Below, piece by piece: positions 26,351 to 38,985 of a stretch of 64,000 nt of DNA. Origin of the DNA: Eledone cirrhosa (lineage: Eukaryota). The position numbers and the translations under genes were made by a program. The stretch is from assembly GCA_964016885.1 (NCBI GenBank), contig OZ024743.1, positions 335,420,001 through 335,484,000 on the forward strand, given 5' to 3'. How positions within the stretch are numbered: position 1 is the stretch's first letter; each line of letters begins with the position of its first letter. The notes under the pieces were generated by a model. That model worked only from the letters and a program-made list of their open reading frames with translations. It made no database searches and was not told the origin of the DNA.

Positions 26351-28160
26351 CTTCCTCACATCCCGCTTTACTTTCTCGTGTGCGATTCGAGATGCCTCAA
26401 AGGCAACTTTTCCCTCATATACAGTCTTTCTCCATTTATTACAATCAGCAGCAATATTTTCCCATGTATCAGCAGAGATGGTAGCGTCTTTCAGGGAGGC
26501 TTTCAAGGAATCCTTATACCTCTTTTTTGGTTTATCTGGCGGTCGTTTTCCTTTAACCAACTCTCCATAGAAGAGTTGTTTTGGTATTCTAGAATCCTTC
26601 ATCCTGGCAAGGTGACCACTCCAACGGAGTCGTTGCTTAAGCACAATAGCTTCTATACTGTCACACATAGAGCTTTCCAAAATCTCGACATCACTGATGT
26701 GGTCCCTCCAGTGAACGCCATGGATCCGTCTGTGACACATCTGATGGAAACGCTTTAATTGCTTAAGGTGGTGTCGATATGTGACCCAGGTCTCGCAGGC
26801 ATAAAGAAGACAAGAGAGTACACATGCCCTGTACACCTTTACCTTTGTCCTCCTGCATATGTCTCGCCGACCCCAGAGTCGCCTTTCTAGCTTTCCGAAA
26901 GCATCACTTGCTTTCCTAATCCTAAGTGAGATCTCACTGTCAAGGTTGCCGTATCGATTGACAGTGTTCCCAGGTAGACAAACTGATCAACCACTCCAAG
27001 TCGTTTGCCATACACATAGATGTTTGGTTCAGTGTACTGCTTACTAGGGGCAGGTTGGTACATGACGACGTTTTTCTTGAGACTGACAGTCAAACCCAGG
27101 GCAGTGCAAGCGTCAGAAAATGCATTCAAAATGTGCTGCATATCACTCTCTGTGTGCGCTACAAGATCGCAATCATCTGCATACAAGAGGTCTCTTATGA
27201 TTGATGTAAATACTTTTGTCTTCGCAGCAAAGCGCCTGGTGTTAAATATGCTGCCTGAGGTTCGATATCGGATGTAAAGACCATGCTCGCAATTCCTGAA
27301 TGTAATACAGAAAACCATTGCAAAGTATATGGCAAACAGGGTCGGTGCTGGAATATCCCCCTGTTTCACTCCATTTTTTACTGAGATAGGCTCCGACATG
27401 TTACCTCCGACATTAACCCAAGCCTTCATGTCGTCATGGAAAGACCTAACTAAAGCAAGGAGCTTATCAGGGCAACCAAGTTTCTGGAGAACCTTCCATA
27501 ATGTATCTCTGTTGACAGTATCGAAAGCCTTTGTCAGATCGACAAAAACCTGATACAGATCCAAGCCTTGTTCAATGCACTTCTCCTGGAGCTGTCTAGC
27601 TGAGAAGATCATATCAGTAGTGCCGCGTCCAGCACGAAAACCAGATTGACTTTCAGGAAGAACACAATCTGCAATGTGTGTCAGCAGACAGTCCAGAAGC
27701 ACCCTACATAAAACTTTCCCTACGACAGAAAGCAATGATATACCTCTGTAGTTCCCACAATCATTCCTGTTACCCTTTCCCTTGTACAAGACCACCATTA
27801 CTGCATCTCTCCAGTCCTCAGGTACGGATTCATTAGCCCATATCCTTCCAAACAAAGAGTGCAGATGTTGCAGGAGTCTCTCACCACCATATTGTAGGAG
27901 CTCAGCATGTATGCCATCCATACCTGGAGATCTTCCACTGTTCAGCTTCGAAATAGCCACTGCAACCTCCACAAGCGTCGGAGGTTCTGCGAGAGCTACT
28001 TTCACAGGAGTTTCTGGAATGAGATTGAGGAAATCTTCACTGACGACAGATGGCTGATTCAAAAGATCATCAAAGTGCTCTCGCCACCTTCGTAGAATTC
28101 CCTGTGAGTCACGAAGAAGTTCTTTGCCATCCTTGCTGCGAAGCGGTGTCACCAGAGAAG
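26351..28160 (-). pseudogene. RTE reverse transcriptase (inverted segment)
   Basis: NYRGISLLS, QSGFRAGRGTTDMIF, FVDLTKAFDTV, GVKQG, LLYADD, RLRWSGHLARM, LFYGEL. At least one frameshift near 26960. Confidence 0.92.
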
Positions 28161-28161
28161 A

Positions 28162-28431
28162 AGACAGACTGGACTCGAAAGTCATCTTCGCAGTCATAAA
28201 GTAAGACCAGTGGTTGACTACCAGGCTGCTGTTGGAGATGCTACTCATCATGCTTGCCAAACATGTGGTAGAGAATGTAAATCAGCAGGAGGGCTCAAGC
28301 GACATGCAAAAGTACATGAACTCCAACCACAGCCGACTATTCCCAGTGAATGTTTTGGTTGCCGACTCTGTGCAAGACATTTTAGATCATTGGCTGGGCT
28401 AAAAAGCCACATTCGATCGCAGCACTGTTAG
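28162..28431 (+). pseudogene. RTE ORF C-terminus with tandem C2H2 zinc fingers
   Basis: GLESHLRSH (half finger), CQTCGRECKSAGGLKRHAKVH, CRLCARHFRSLAGLKSHIRSQH, then stop. Confidence 0.8.
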
Positions 28432-28669
28432 TTGCTATCGTGTGTGTGTGTGTGTAGATATGCTTATGTGCGTGCGTGTATGTGTATATATATATGAATA
28501 TGTATATTATTATTGTTGTTGTCGTTATTATTATTATTGCTATTATTATTATTATTGTTATTAATGTATGTGTGTGTATATGTGTGTGTGTGTATGTGTA
28601 TGTATGTGTGTATGTATATATGTATGTATGTATATATATATATATATTTATTTTTTTAATTTTTTTTTA

Positions 28670-28715
<46 letters not shown>

Positions 28716-29849
28716 TTATTTTATTTTTTTATTTATTTAGTTTTTATTTTTTTTTTTATTTTTTTTTTTTATTCTCGTGCAATGGCCATACTCGATAACG
28801 AGGGGGCAGCCATCATGTATGTATGTATGTATGTATTATAACAATACATTTTAATGAAATTTAATACACTTTTTTTTTATTCCATATTATAAAATATCAC
28901 AGTTGTATAAATAACATTACAAATATTGATGGAAATATGAAAGAAAATGAACGAAAAAAAAAGGATAGAAACAAAACCAATCAACGAACAGAAGGAGGAA
29001 TGACTAAAGAAAGGTAGATCTGACTCTATAGGGAAGTAAGAGAAGGGGCTGCATGTGAGTAAAAAAGGGCAAAAAGCAAGGTCCATGACCACGGAAGGAA
29101 GGGAGGAGGATGTGGAGAGGGTGATAGGCCCTATGCCTGGGGTGGTTGGGGTGGTGTTGGACTGCGCACTGCGGACAAAGCTGTAAAGGCATATCTGCGG
29201 ACAATGGTCAGTGACACCCGCTTTAACAGCCACCCCAGGGTGCCTTCCTTAGACGGGGTGCTGATGATCCGATTTGGCAGGTGATCACGTGATTTGTGTT
29301 TACTCGCTACATTAAATTATAACTTGTAATGCAGCTTATGTATATAATTCCTTTTTGCCTCGTACTCTGTGTCGATGCGATATATCCGAATCATTATGAA
29401 GTTAACTATCTAATTATTAGGTCCAGGGTTCGATTCCACCGAGTTGCCCCTTGGGGAAGTGTCATTTAACTTCGAGTAGACCCATGTTTGTGTGTGAAAC
29501 AGTGTAAACGGAAAGTGGAGGCTGGGTGGATGGAATGCGCCCGTATTTCAAAGGACCAACCTTGCCACATACTCTATCACGCTGAATTTCCAAGGGCATT
29601 AGGTTAATGGTACAAGTGTCTTTGGAATGGTCAATCACTTTCACGTTAATTTCTTGAGCAGACTGTTCCTTTGACCAAACATCTAGAACACACGTCATTG
29701 GAATCGATGGGGTGTCGATTTTATCATTTAATTGATTTCTAAATCATTTTACACTCGTATTTCTCTTTTAACAAGAGTGGAATTAGTTATATATCTTCTA
29801 TCTTAAATCATATATCTTCTATTGTCTGGATGTTGATTGATAATAGACA

Positions 29850-30250
29850 GAATAGCAGCAATTTGGTGGAAGGGAAAGACGATTATATCGACCTTGGTGC
29901 ATTACTGGTAGTTTATTTTCTCGACCCTTGTAAGGATGAAAGGCAAAGTTGACCTCAACGAGATTTGAACTCAGAAAGTAAAGACCCAGAACAAATACTG
30001 CTAATTCACCGCCTTCTTTTCTGGCTATTTAATAATGGTTTCTGATTTAGGCAAAAAGACAACAATTTGGGTAAATGTCAATGAAATCGACCCCAGTCCA
30101 TTACCGGTACTTTATTTTATCGACCCCATAAGGATGAAAGGCAAAGCTAATCACGGTGGGATTTGAATTCAGAACGTAAAGGGCTGTAACTCTATGCGAC
30201 GACGAATGTTGTCCGATGATCTACCGATTACTGCCAAACCACCGCCCTAT
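29850..30250 (-). mobile_element. Two SINE family A copies
   Basis: Reverse-strand matches. Confidence 0.75.
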
Positions 30251-30946
30251 TTAATTATCTTTTCTCTTTCATCGCCCACTTATTCATGAGAGAGCCATGG
30301 GCGTAGAGTCTTCCAACACTCCTTCCGGCGGGTCCAACCAGAAGCAACCGTCACTAACTGATCTGGCTGGATTCCCAAGCGAGACCAGCCACTCTCATGG
30401 ATGTTATCCAACTATCTTGCTTAGGGCCTACCCGTGGGTCTCCTGGTTTTGTCCGTCAAATCTGTCCACCGATTTTTCCTGAGATATTCTAAACACATTA
30501 TCACATATAAAATGTATCTGTTTGTTATTGGTCCTACTTTACTCATGGTTAATTTTACTCCGAATCTATGTGTGAAGAACATTGTTTCAACCCCTTCACA
30601 TAGACAATCCATCCTATACTCATAACTATCGTACTTATATAAACTTCGATTATGGCTTTATCGGTCAGTGATTCATCTTTAAACCCAAACAAGTTTTGCA
30701 GCATCTTTTCTCCTTTTCTGGAAAGAGATTATTTTTCAAATAATTATTTATTCTCTATAATATGAGAACAGTTAAGAATTTGTTACATCTAGGTTATATG
30801 CCTCTGTAATCTGTAGAGTTTTCCCACTCAGTGGGCCAGTTAAATATTGCCCCAGACTCGGTCAACAATTTATTATATATCTATGGTAGCAGCTTGTGTG
30901 TCTCTGTTGAATATTTCAACCAGAGGTTCGAGATAATATCATATCC

Positions 30947-30987
<41 letters not shown>

Positions 30988-32260
30988 TTCTTTTGATTGA
31001 TTAAGTATGGTGCAATTTCTTAATGAATGATACAATCAGATTAATTATCCAAACTACCGTATTTCTGATTATTCCTGAACCTCAAATAACTTGATGGAAG
31101 ATGGACAATTTAATTCTTATACAAAGTAAACCTATTACAGTGAGGCAGTAATTTGTGTTCAGTAACAGAACTTGTTGTTCGTATGTCTTAATAATCGTTT
31201 TAATCCAATAGTTACGTGCTCTAGTGTTGAACTTGCCATTATAATGTTGTGGGATCGATTCCTGAACTGAGTCTGTGTGTTGTGTTCTTGAGCAAACCAC
31301 TTCATTTTACGTTGCTCCAGTATACTCAGATGAAACTTAATACCATCAGCGATAGCTGGGAGTTTAACACTATGATGCACTAGCGTCCTATACAGAGGAG
31401 GATGTATTGTAATCTGTCGGTTCACGGAAATCGGGACAATCTTGTATTCTCAGTCAATTAACGCCACTGAAACCGGAACAAGCACTTGCCTAGTGAGTCT
31501 CCGGGCTCAAGACAAATTTTACACTTGTTTTTAAAATATTGAAAGGTTAGTAAGCAACCATTCGATATACTAAAAACGTAATAAATTCAATGCGAATATA
31601 GACAAACCAAACAAATGCATTAAATTTGCTATGAAAATAGAGACATTGATAGACAAATTACATGCTATTATATTGGTAAACAGAAACTTTTAGAGATAAA
31701 TCAACAGAATCGGATGTCATATTTACACATTAAAATCGAAATATGACTAGAAATGATAAATACATACTCAAGGCAGAATTATACACCAGAAACAAAATGA
31801 TAGGCATCAATTTACTAGTTGTGTTATCGATGTTGTTAAATTTGACAAATTGAAAGCTACGCAGTACGATATTGAAAACAAATAACTTTCTCTGGTATAC
31901 AAACTAATATGTAAATGCACATACTAAGAGGTTGTATTTTATATAGGAATTACAAAATGCATATGCTTCCATGAATAAAGTTTTAGCATACATTTACCAC
32001 ATGAAATTTCATATCAGATTTATTGAAAATAGATTATATTAATATTCTAATAGAGTGGGGTAGGGAAGATTTGAGCAAAGAAAAGAAAAACAAAAATGTT
32101 TAGTTAATGAAAGACAATTTTTGTATTGAAGAATCCCAAACATATTTGATATAATAGATGAAATTGCGACTATCACTAACAAGATGGGTGGGGTGCCATA
32201 AATTGCAATAAGTGTCCCAATCGTTTAATCAACAGAAAAGCCTGCTCACAAAATTAACGT

Positions 32261-32606
32261 ATCATCTCGGATCCGAAATAAGGGGGTGGAATAAGCGGGG
32301 TATGGGGTGAAAATCGATAATTTTTCTTGGTAGTCTCCGTTGATTCTTTTAAAAACATAATTAATCGGTTAGTTTACATAATGAGACCCCAACCCATCCT
32401 ATTTATTTTATAATGTATGGGATTCCTAGTAATCTTTTATTTGTCATGTACAATGTTTTTAATGCATAAAGAAAATGTATTATCACAGAAATGCTCCCAC
32501 TTAAAATAAAATTTCGCCGAAGATAGATTAGCAGAATTTAATAAGCGGGAGGGGAATGAAAAATTAATAAGTGGAGGAGGGAACAATTATTCAAAACCCG
32601 AGAGTA
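32261..32606. mobile_element. MITE-like DNA element; inverted relative at about 24301-24573
   Basis: Termini TCTCGG...CCGAGAG-TA; the interior is homologous between the two copies. Confidence 0.4.
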
Positions 32607-32861
32607 GGGGGTGAACATTTCACAGGCACAAGTAGTTTTTACGTAATTGTCGATGAGATTAAGTGAGGAGACAGGGTGTATAACAAAGTTAGTCCATTTA
32701 ATTACTGATGCAGTACATTTGACTGGCTTCCAAACAGTTTCTGTCTACCCAGTTTTACTCACAAGGCATGGGTCGACCCGATAATATAATGGAATCAAAC
32801 CCGGAATCTAATGATTGCGGAGCAAACTTCTTAACCATTCTGCCATGCTGCAACCACTCTG

Positions 32862-33150
32862 GTGCATTCCTCGACTAATCTAGGCTATGTTGCCCGTCGG
32901 GCCGAGGAGAGTAAACTCCCTAAATATCGGTCGCTCTCAAATTGGTTTGCGGTCGAACCCGTAGCAGTGGACACTTCTGGTGTCCTTGGCACTAGAACCA
33001 CGTTCCTACTCACTCCCATCGGTACGGAGTTGGCTACCCGCAGGTGTGAGCCTCGTGAGCTGGAATGGCTCTTCCAACGCAATTCCCTCACTATCCTCCG
33101 GGGAAACGTCTTCTCTATTCTGTCCACCGTGGCCACAGGGCGGCCAACAC
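32862..33150 (+). pseudogene. Restriction-like endonuclease C-terminus of a CRE-like LINE
   Basis: AEESKLPKY...PVAVDTSGVLG...WLFQRNSLTILRGN. Another fragment at about 61335-61480. Confidence 0.65.
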
Positions 33151-33729
33151 GTTGGCTCCCGTTTGCATATAATAGTGAGAGATAGAGTGTCAGTGAGTGA
33201 AAGAGAGAGAACACCAACTATATAATAGTGAGAGATGGGGAGAGTGAGAGAGAAGGAGGCTGTGAGTGAAAGAGAGAGAACATCAACGCACACACGCACT
33301 TGATAAAACAATTATAGATGTTATATCGTGTATTTGCATTGAATGGTACTAACAGGATGCAAACTATATATAATTACATAACTATAATCACCTTGTATCA
33401 ACTTCATTAAACATTTGCTAGCCTTTTATAAGTGACATAAATGTCTTATCTGTATTATAAAATATACTTTTGAAGAAACATTTTCGCAAAGCACTTAGCT
33501 TATGTATTAAATCAGTGTTAGAAAATATGTTATATACCCAAGTATAAAAAGTTTGACACCCAGTTTGTGATCCGCTATACTTATAGAATTCGTTATAATA
33601 TTGGTTTATGGTTTAAGCACAAAGCCAACAATTTTGGTGGAGGAGAAATGTCGGTTGTCATCTAAAAGCCATTGCGTAATGAGTCTGTTTGCTTGCAAAC
33701 GAATCGAATATTATCATTATTTGATATAA

Positions 33730-34160
33730 AAGGGTGGTGGATTTGCAGAGTCAGTGGAGTGTCGGACAAAATGCTTTTCAGTATTCAGTTATGGTGATTT
33801 ACGTTCTGAGTTCAAATCCCGCCAGGGTTAGCTTTGCCTTTCATCCTTACGGGTTCGATAAATAAAGGACCAGTATCGTAATGGGGGTCGATTTAATCGA
33901 CTTTCCCCTCCACCAAAATTGCTAGCCTTGTGCCTCAATCACAAACCATTATTATTCGATACAAATGAGGGCGGTGGATTGGCAGTATCGGTAGAGGGTC
34001 AGACACCATGCTTTGATGCATAGTGTTACGGCCCTTTCCATTCTGAGTTCAAATCCCGCCGAGGTCACCTTTGCCTTTCATCCTTACGGGGTCGATAAAA
34101 TAAAGTACCAGTAATACACTGGTTAATTGCTGGCCTTGTGCCAAAAGTAGAAACAATTAT
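33730..34160 (+). mobile_element. Two tandem SINE family A copies
   Basis: Direct matches; a further 3' fragment at 34707-34826. Confidence 0.85.
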
Positions 34161-35554
34161 TCGATATAGAACTGACGAATACATTTACGTATCCGCTATG
34201 TTAAAGCGAAAATCCAAATTCTAATTTTGTTTATTAATAACATCTTTTTATCTAATTAAAATATAACATATTCAATTTGTGATGCTAAGTGCGATGCGTT
34301 TTGTGAGATTCACGTGAACCCGATTCATTAACCCCACATTTCTGTCAAATCCCGCAGATTCATTCATGATATGTTCCCTCAAGTGTCTCGTATCTGTGAT
34401 ATTCATTGAGTACACATTCTCCTGTAGCTTGTCCCAGAAAAAGACGTCAAGTTAGATGTAAGTAGTGATATTTCCTATGTGACCAGTCTTTAGAGACATC
34501 CTAGACATTTATGTGTATGGCTGTATGTTTACGATTGAACAGCCACACAATAATATAATTACCTGTATCTTTCCTAACATACTTTTACTGTAAATTTACA
34601 TATTATTTTCTACATACTTATATGATTTTGGTAGTTTCGGCAGGAAAGACTTTGATCCAAGACTGCAAATATTGAAAATAAAACCATCTGGACATGTATT
34701 ATTATTACGTTCTGAGTTCAAATCCCGCCGATGTTAACTTTGCTTTCATCCTTACGGGGTCGATAAAATAAAGTACCAGTAATACACTGGGTAATTGCTG
34801 GCCTTGTGCCAAAAGTAGAGACAATTATTATTTAACAGTAGATTCCAAGTGGCGATGGCCTGGTGACATGACCTGGGAGGTGTAGGATGGAAGCATAAAT
34901 GATTTTGTTATTGTTTATTCTCACGAACAACTCTCATCAAGGAGAGAGACATATGAAATACGGATCTCGAGCCGATATCAGGAGGAATGGGTGGCGAAGA
35001 AGGTAAAAAATTGCATTCCAGCCACAAAATCCCTGCTAAATACCAAGCCAGCGACGGAGCCTCTCAGCGGTCGCCTTGGCTGCTACAGAGTGCAAACAGA
35101 TTTTTTTTCAAATCATATCCTGTCTTGTAAAATAAAGAACTCACTAGATAATGCTGTCATAGTTCCCCCCCCCCCCCACACACACACACAAAAAATATAA
35201 AGGATGATGACGGCTGGAAATACTTCTAGCATGTGTGTCAGCTTGATGGAAGCTGGCGTGCTAATAAACGATTAAAAAACCTCGAAACATTTACAACAAT
35301 TTATTTTTCTCCTTTGGCATTCGCCGTTGTTATATACTATAGCTGCTGCTCACACCTGGTCTGTATATTGTTCATGGTGTTTCCCTCGTATATATGAATG
35401 TCTTGACTCTGATCTAGGAATTAATTAATTTCAAGCATCATTGAGTGCTTAGGTAATTCGACTTGTGTGGCCTTATTATAGCTTCAGTTTCGATGTGATT
35501 ATATATATATACTGTATAGTAATATTTTAATAAATATATACTGTATATATATAT

Positions 35555-36933
35555 AGTAATAATAATAATAAATTTGAAGACTAAAATCCAAAGAGGGCTC
35601 GATAAGGATAAATATATATCAAATATATAAGAACCGTAGAGCAAATATTTATTAAAATAACAGATTAAAGTTTAAGCAAAGAATCGCTGCTTTCACCCTT
35701 AACGGGATCTTCTGAAACTAACAAAATCAATCTGTAAACGCAGAAGTGGATATTTCAAAAAGCGTTGCAACCGGGGGAAGACAGGAAGACGATACTTTGG
35801 TTCGTGGAAACGTTCCCTGTCAAAGAACCGGAAAAAACGAATATAATACGTCATTAATACCAATACTGGCTTGGTGAAAAACAATTACACGCCAAGACAG
35901 AACCACGTTTATGGAATAAAAGAAGTCGTAGACTAATGTTCCCTTAGGTGGTTGTATTACAGCCCCACGTTATACCCTAACGGATAGTACGATCTATACG
36001 TGGATATTTTACGTCTTGATGTGGTAACTAAGTATATGTTATGTTTATACCATTACTTATTTGCATAGGTAAGTATATATTACCTGTATGTTTTGTGAAG
36101 GTACGTATACTTTCTCGTCTTTTGGTTATGTGTATACAGGAGTTTTACGTCTGTGTGAGTATGCGGGTTCGTACGTATGTTGGGTGTGTGTATATGTGTA
36201 CTTCATGTTTTGGTTGACGTACGAACATTTGTGTATTTACATGTAGGTATGTGTGTGCGCTTGTTATATAAGTATTTATTTATTTATATACGTTTATTTA
36301 ATTACTTATTTATTTGTATACACGCACACACACACACACACACACATATTTATATGTGCGTGGTTTTGTATACCTATGGCGAGTGTTTTCGCGTATGCTT
36401 GTGTAACGACGTATTTGGATGCGTGTATGTATTTATTTAATTTCAATTACCTCTGTATTGTATTTTATTTACTTTATTCTTAACTCTGAAGCCGAGAATC
36501 ATTCGGTTTCCTAGTTAGAATTTTAGTCTACGACTTCAGCTATACCATTTACGTGGTTTTGTCTTTGCGTGCAATTGTTCTCCACGCTCCACATACGACG
36601 TATTACCTTCGTCTTTTCCGTTCATTGCCAGAGAACATCTCTATGAACCACCTAAGAGAACATTAGTCTACGACTTCTTTTATTCCATAAACGTGGTTCT
36701 GTCTTTGCGTGTAATTGTTTTTCACCGCTCCTATTAATGACGTATTATATTCGTTTTTTCCCGTTCTTTGCCAGCGAACGTTTCCACGAACCAAAGTATC
36801 GTCTTCTTGTCTTCCTCCGGTTGCAACGTTTTTTTAATTATCCACTTCTGCGTTTACAGATTGACTTTGTTAGTTTCAGAAGATCCTGTTAAGGGTGAAA
36901 GCAGCGATTCTTTGCTTAAACTTTAATCTGTTA

Positions 36934-36940
<7 letters not shown>
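35555..36940 (+). mobile_element. 5'-truncated PLE-1 family copy: 3' UTR with inverted pLTR
   Basis: 36138-36940 is homologous to 4667-5453; 35648-35953 is the inverse of 36647-36940; left tail matches about 2535-2610; TA flanks. Confidence 0.88.
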
Positions 36941-36990
<50 letters not shown>

Positions 36991-38018
36991 TGTATTGCTT
37001 AAAGCTTTCTCTGTTAATGTATTAAATATTATACTCTTGATTTGGCCAGGGATGAATATTTCCAGATACTTTTTAGGTATGACTTTCCGTATTTATTCTT
37101 TGTATGTAATATTGATTGTTCTTCCTTATCTTATCTCTGTTTTTAGCCTAAGGAAATACCTATATGCGTGTATAAATAATACATGCATATATTTATTTTT
37201 TTTATATGCAATTGAGTATGTCATCTAATAATCTGAAGAACAAGGTATATAAGCAACAGGTATTGATTGACATTCTAAATGGTTCCTAGGCCCATGAGAC
37301 GAGATACCAAGGGTAGACTTATCATTTGTGTATAAAAGTTTGTGGAAAGTAAACTAGGCATTTTTTTAACTGTGACAATACATAATGAATGTGAGGGGCG
37401 GTGAGGCACAGTAGTGATCAGAAGAGATGGTGCAGTTGGTTACTTGGTTGATGAAAGTATTTCATCCCGAGAAATTAAGGGCTATTAAACAACTCCAAGG
37501 CAGTATTCCAACAGCTTTGTTATCGTTATATTTTTAACATTTTAATATCGAATTTACATTGCTATAACATTGAAATAAAACACTATTTTCAACACAAGGC
37601 TTTAAGCAAACTACAACAGCCTCCAGTTTTAGATATTAACCCTGGAGCTGGAAATGTAAACTAGCGGTTAAGTAAATTTCAAATTTCTTTTTAAAAATCC
37701 ATAGCGAAACTCTCGAATGTTTATTACAAGTAAACATGTATATAGTTTCATATTCACACCTATGATGGAGTTCTCATTTCTAATCACATGCTTTAGCATC
37801 TCTTTCTTCCTTTCTCTTCCACTCTCCATTCGATACGAGGATATATCCTAACCATACTTTTTCACTAAACATATAGTATCCAGCTATACTTCGCGCTGAG
37901 AATATTCCAATTTTACGAATATTCATATACACTTCAAACTCTTTCAGTTAAATATATATATATATATATAAAGTCTGTCTTAAGCCAGAAGGCTTAAGAC
38001 AGACTTTATATGTGTGTG

Positions 38019-38072
<54 letters not shown>

Positions 38073-38429
38073 CACGTTTGATGCAATTAGCATTAAGAAA
38101 ATCTGAACAGTAGTCGTCCCAACGGAAATAATTATAATAGTCAATAAATTTATTGTAGAGAAAATCGGGCAAATTTCCCCTAGAGATGAAAAAGAAAAAT
38201 TGGAAATAGGCGTGTGCAAGAAATCGAAGCACGCCTATGTTGGTTACCATTACGTTAAAGACTTTGTTGCTTCAAATTTCCAGATATTTAGACTGTAGCT
38301 AGAGGTGTAAACAACCTGTTAACTGCACGTATGTTTGCATACACATATATTTAAACACACACATACATACATGCATATATACACCCATATATATCTGCTT
38401 AGTCCTGTTTTTACTAAAACAACTTCTAC

Positions 38430-38493
<64 letters not shown>

Positions 38494-38582
38494 GGAGTAC
38501 ATTTTAGAACAGAATAGAAAAGATTTGGAATAATGCAAATAAAATCAACACATGGTATGATAGCAATATATACCAGAGTGTA

Positions 38583-38985
38583 ATGTTCGTCAATATAGCC
38601 CCTAGAGGCGAACTAGCTTACAGATTTAGAAGGCCCCTAGACAAGCTCAAATTAAATATTAAGATAGTTGAAAGACCAGCTATTCCCATAAAAACCCTAA
38701 TTAGTAAAACATACCCATTTCAAAGAACCCCCTGGATTGATAGGAAATGCATAAACTGCAAGCTAAGCCCACAAACTAACAGCAAAACTAGGAACGTAGT
38801 ATATAGCATAAGATGTACTGTGAGACAGTGTAGGAATAAGAACTTAACATAGAGAGGTGAAACAGCACGTAGCATAGGCGAAAGGGTAAGTGAATACTGG
38901 CGAGAACTCCAGGATGGGAAAAAATCATCAGTACTCCACCAACATGCCAAAATAGAATATAGGGGGGCATTATATTTATATGAAT
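38583..38985 (+). pseudogene. GIY-YIG endonuclease fragment of a third PLE family
   Basis: KCINCK...RNVVYSIRC..C...*RGETARSIGERVSE...SSVLHQH; cut off by a SINE A at about 38990-39175. Confidence 0.65.

Larger units (their letters stand above)
26351..28833. mobile_element. RTE-clade LINE, 5'-truncated and 5'-inverted, with a ~50-bp TSD
   Basis: RT on the minus strand 26351 to about 28160; C-terminus, 3' UTR and (ATGT)n tail on the plus strand about 28160-28833; TSD 26300-26350 = 28834-28883. Confidence 0.9.

Noticed and set aside
28210-28431. Host C2H2 zinc-finger gene exon
   Set aside because: Lies inside the RTE TSDs and is followed by a LINE-type 3' UTR and tail.
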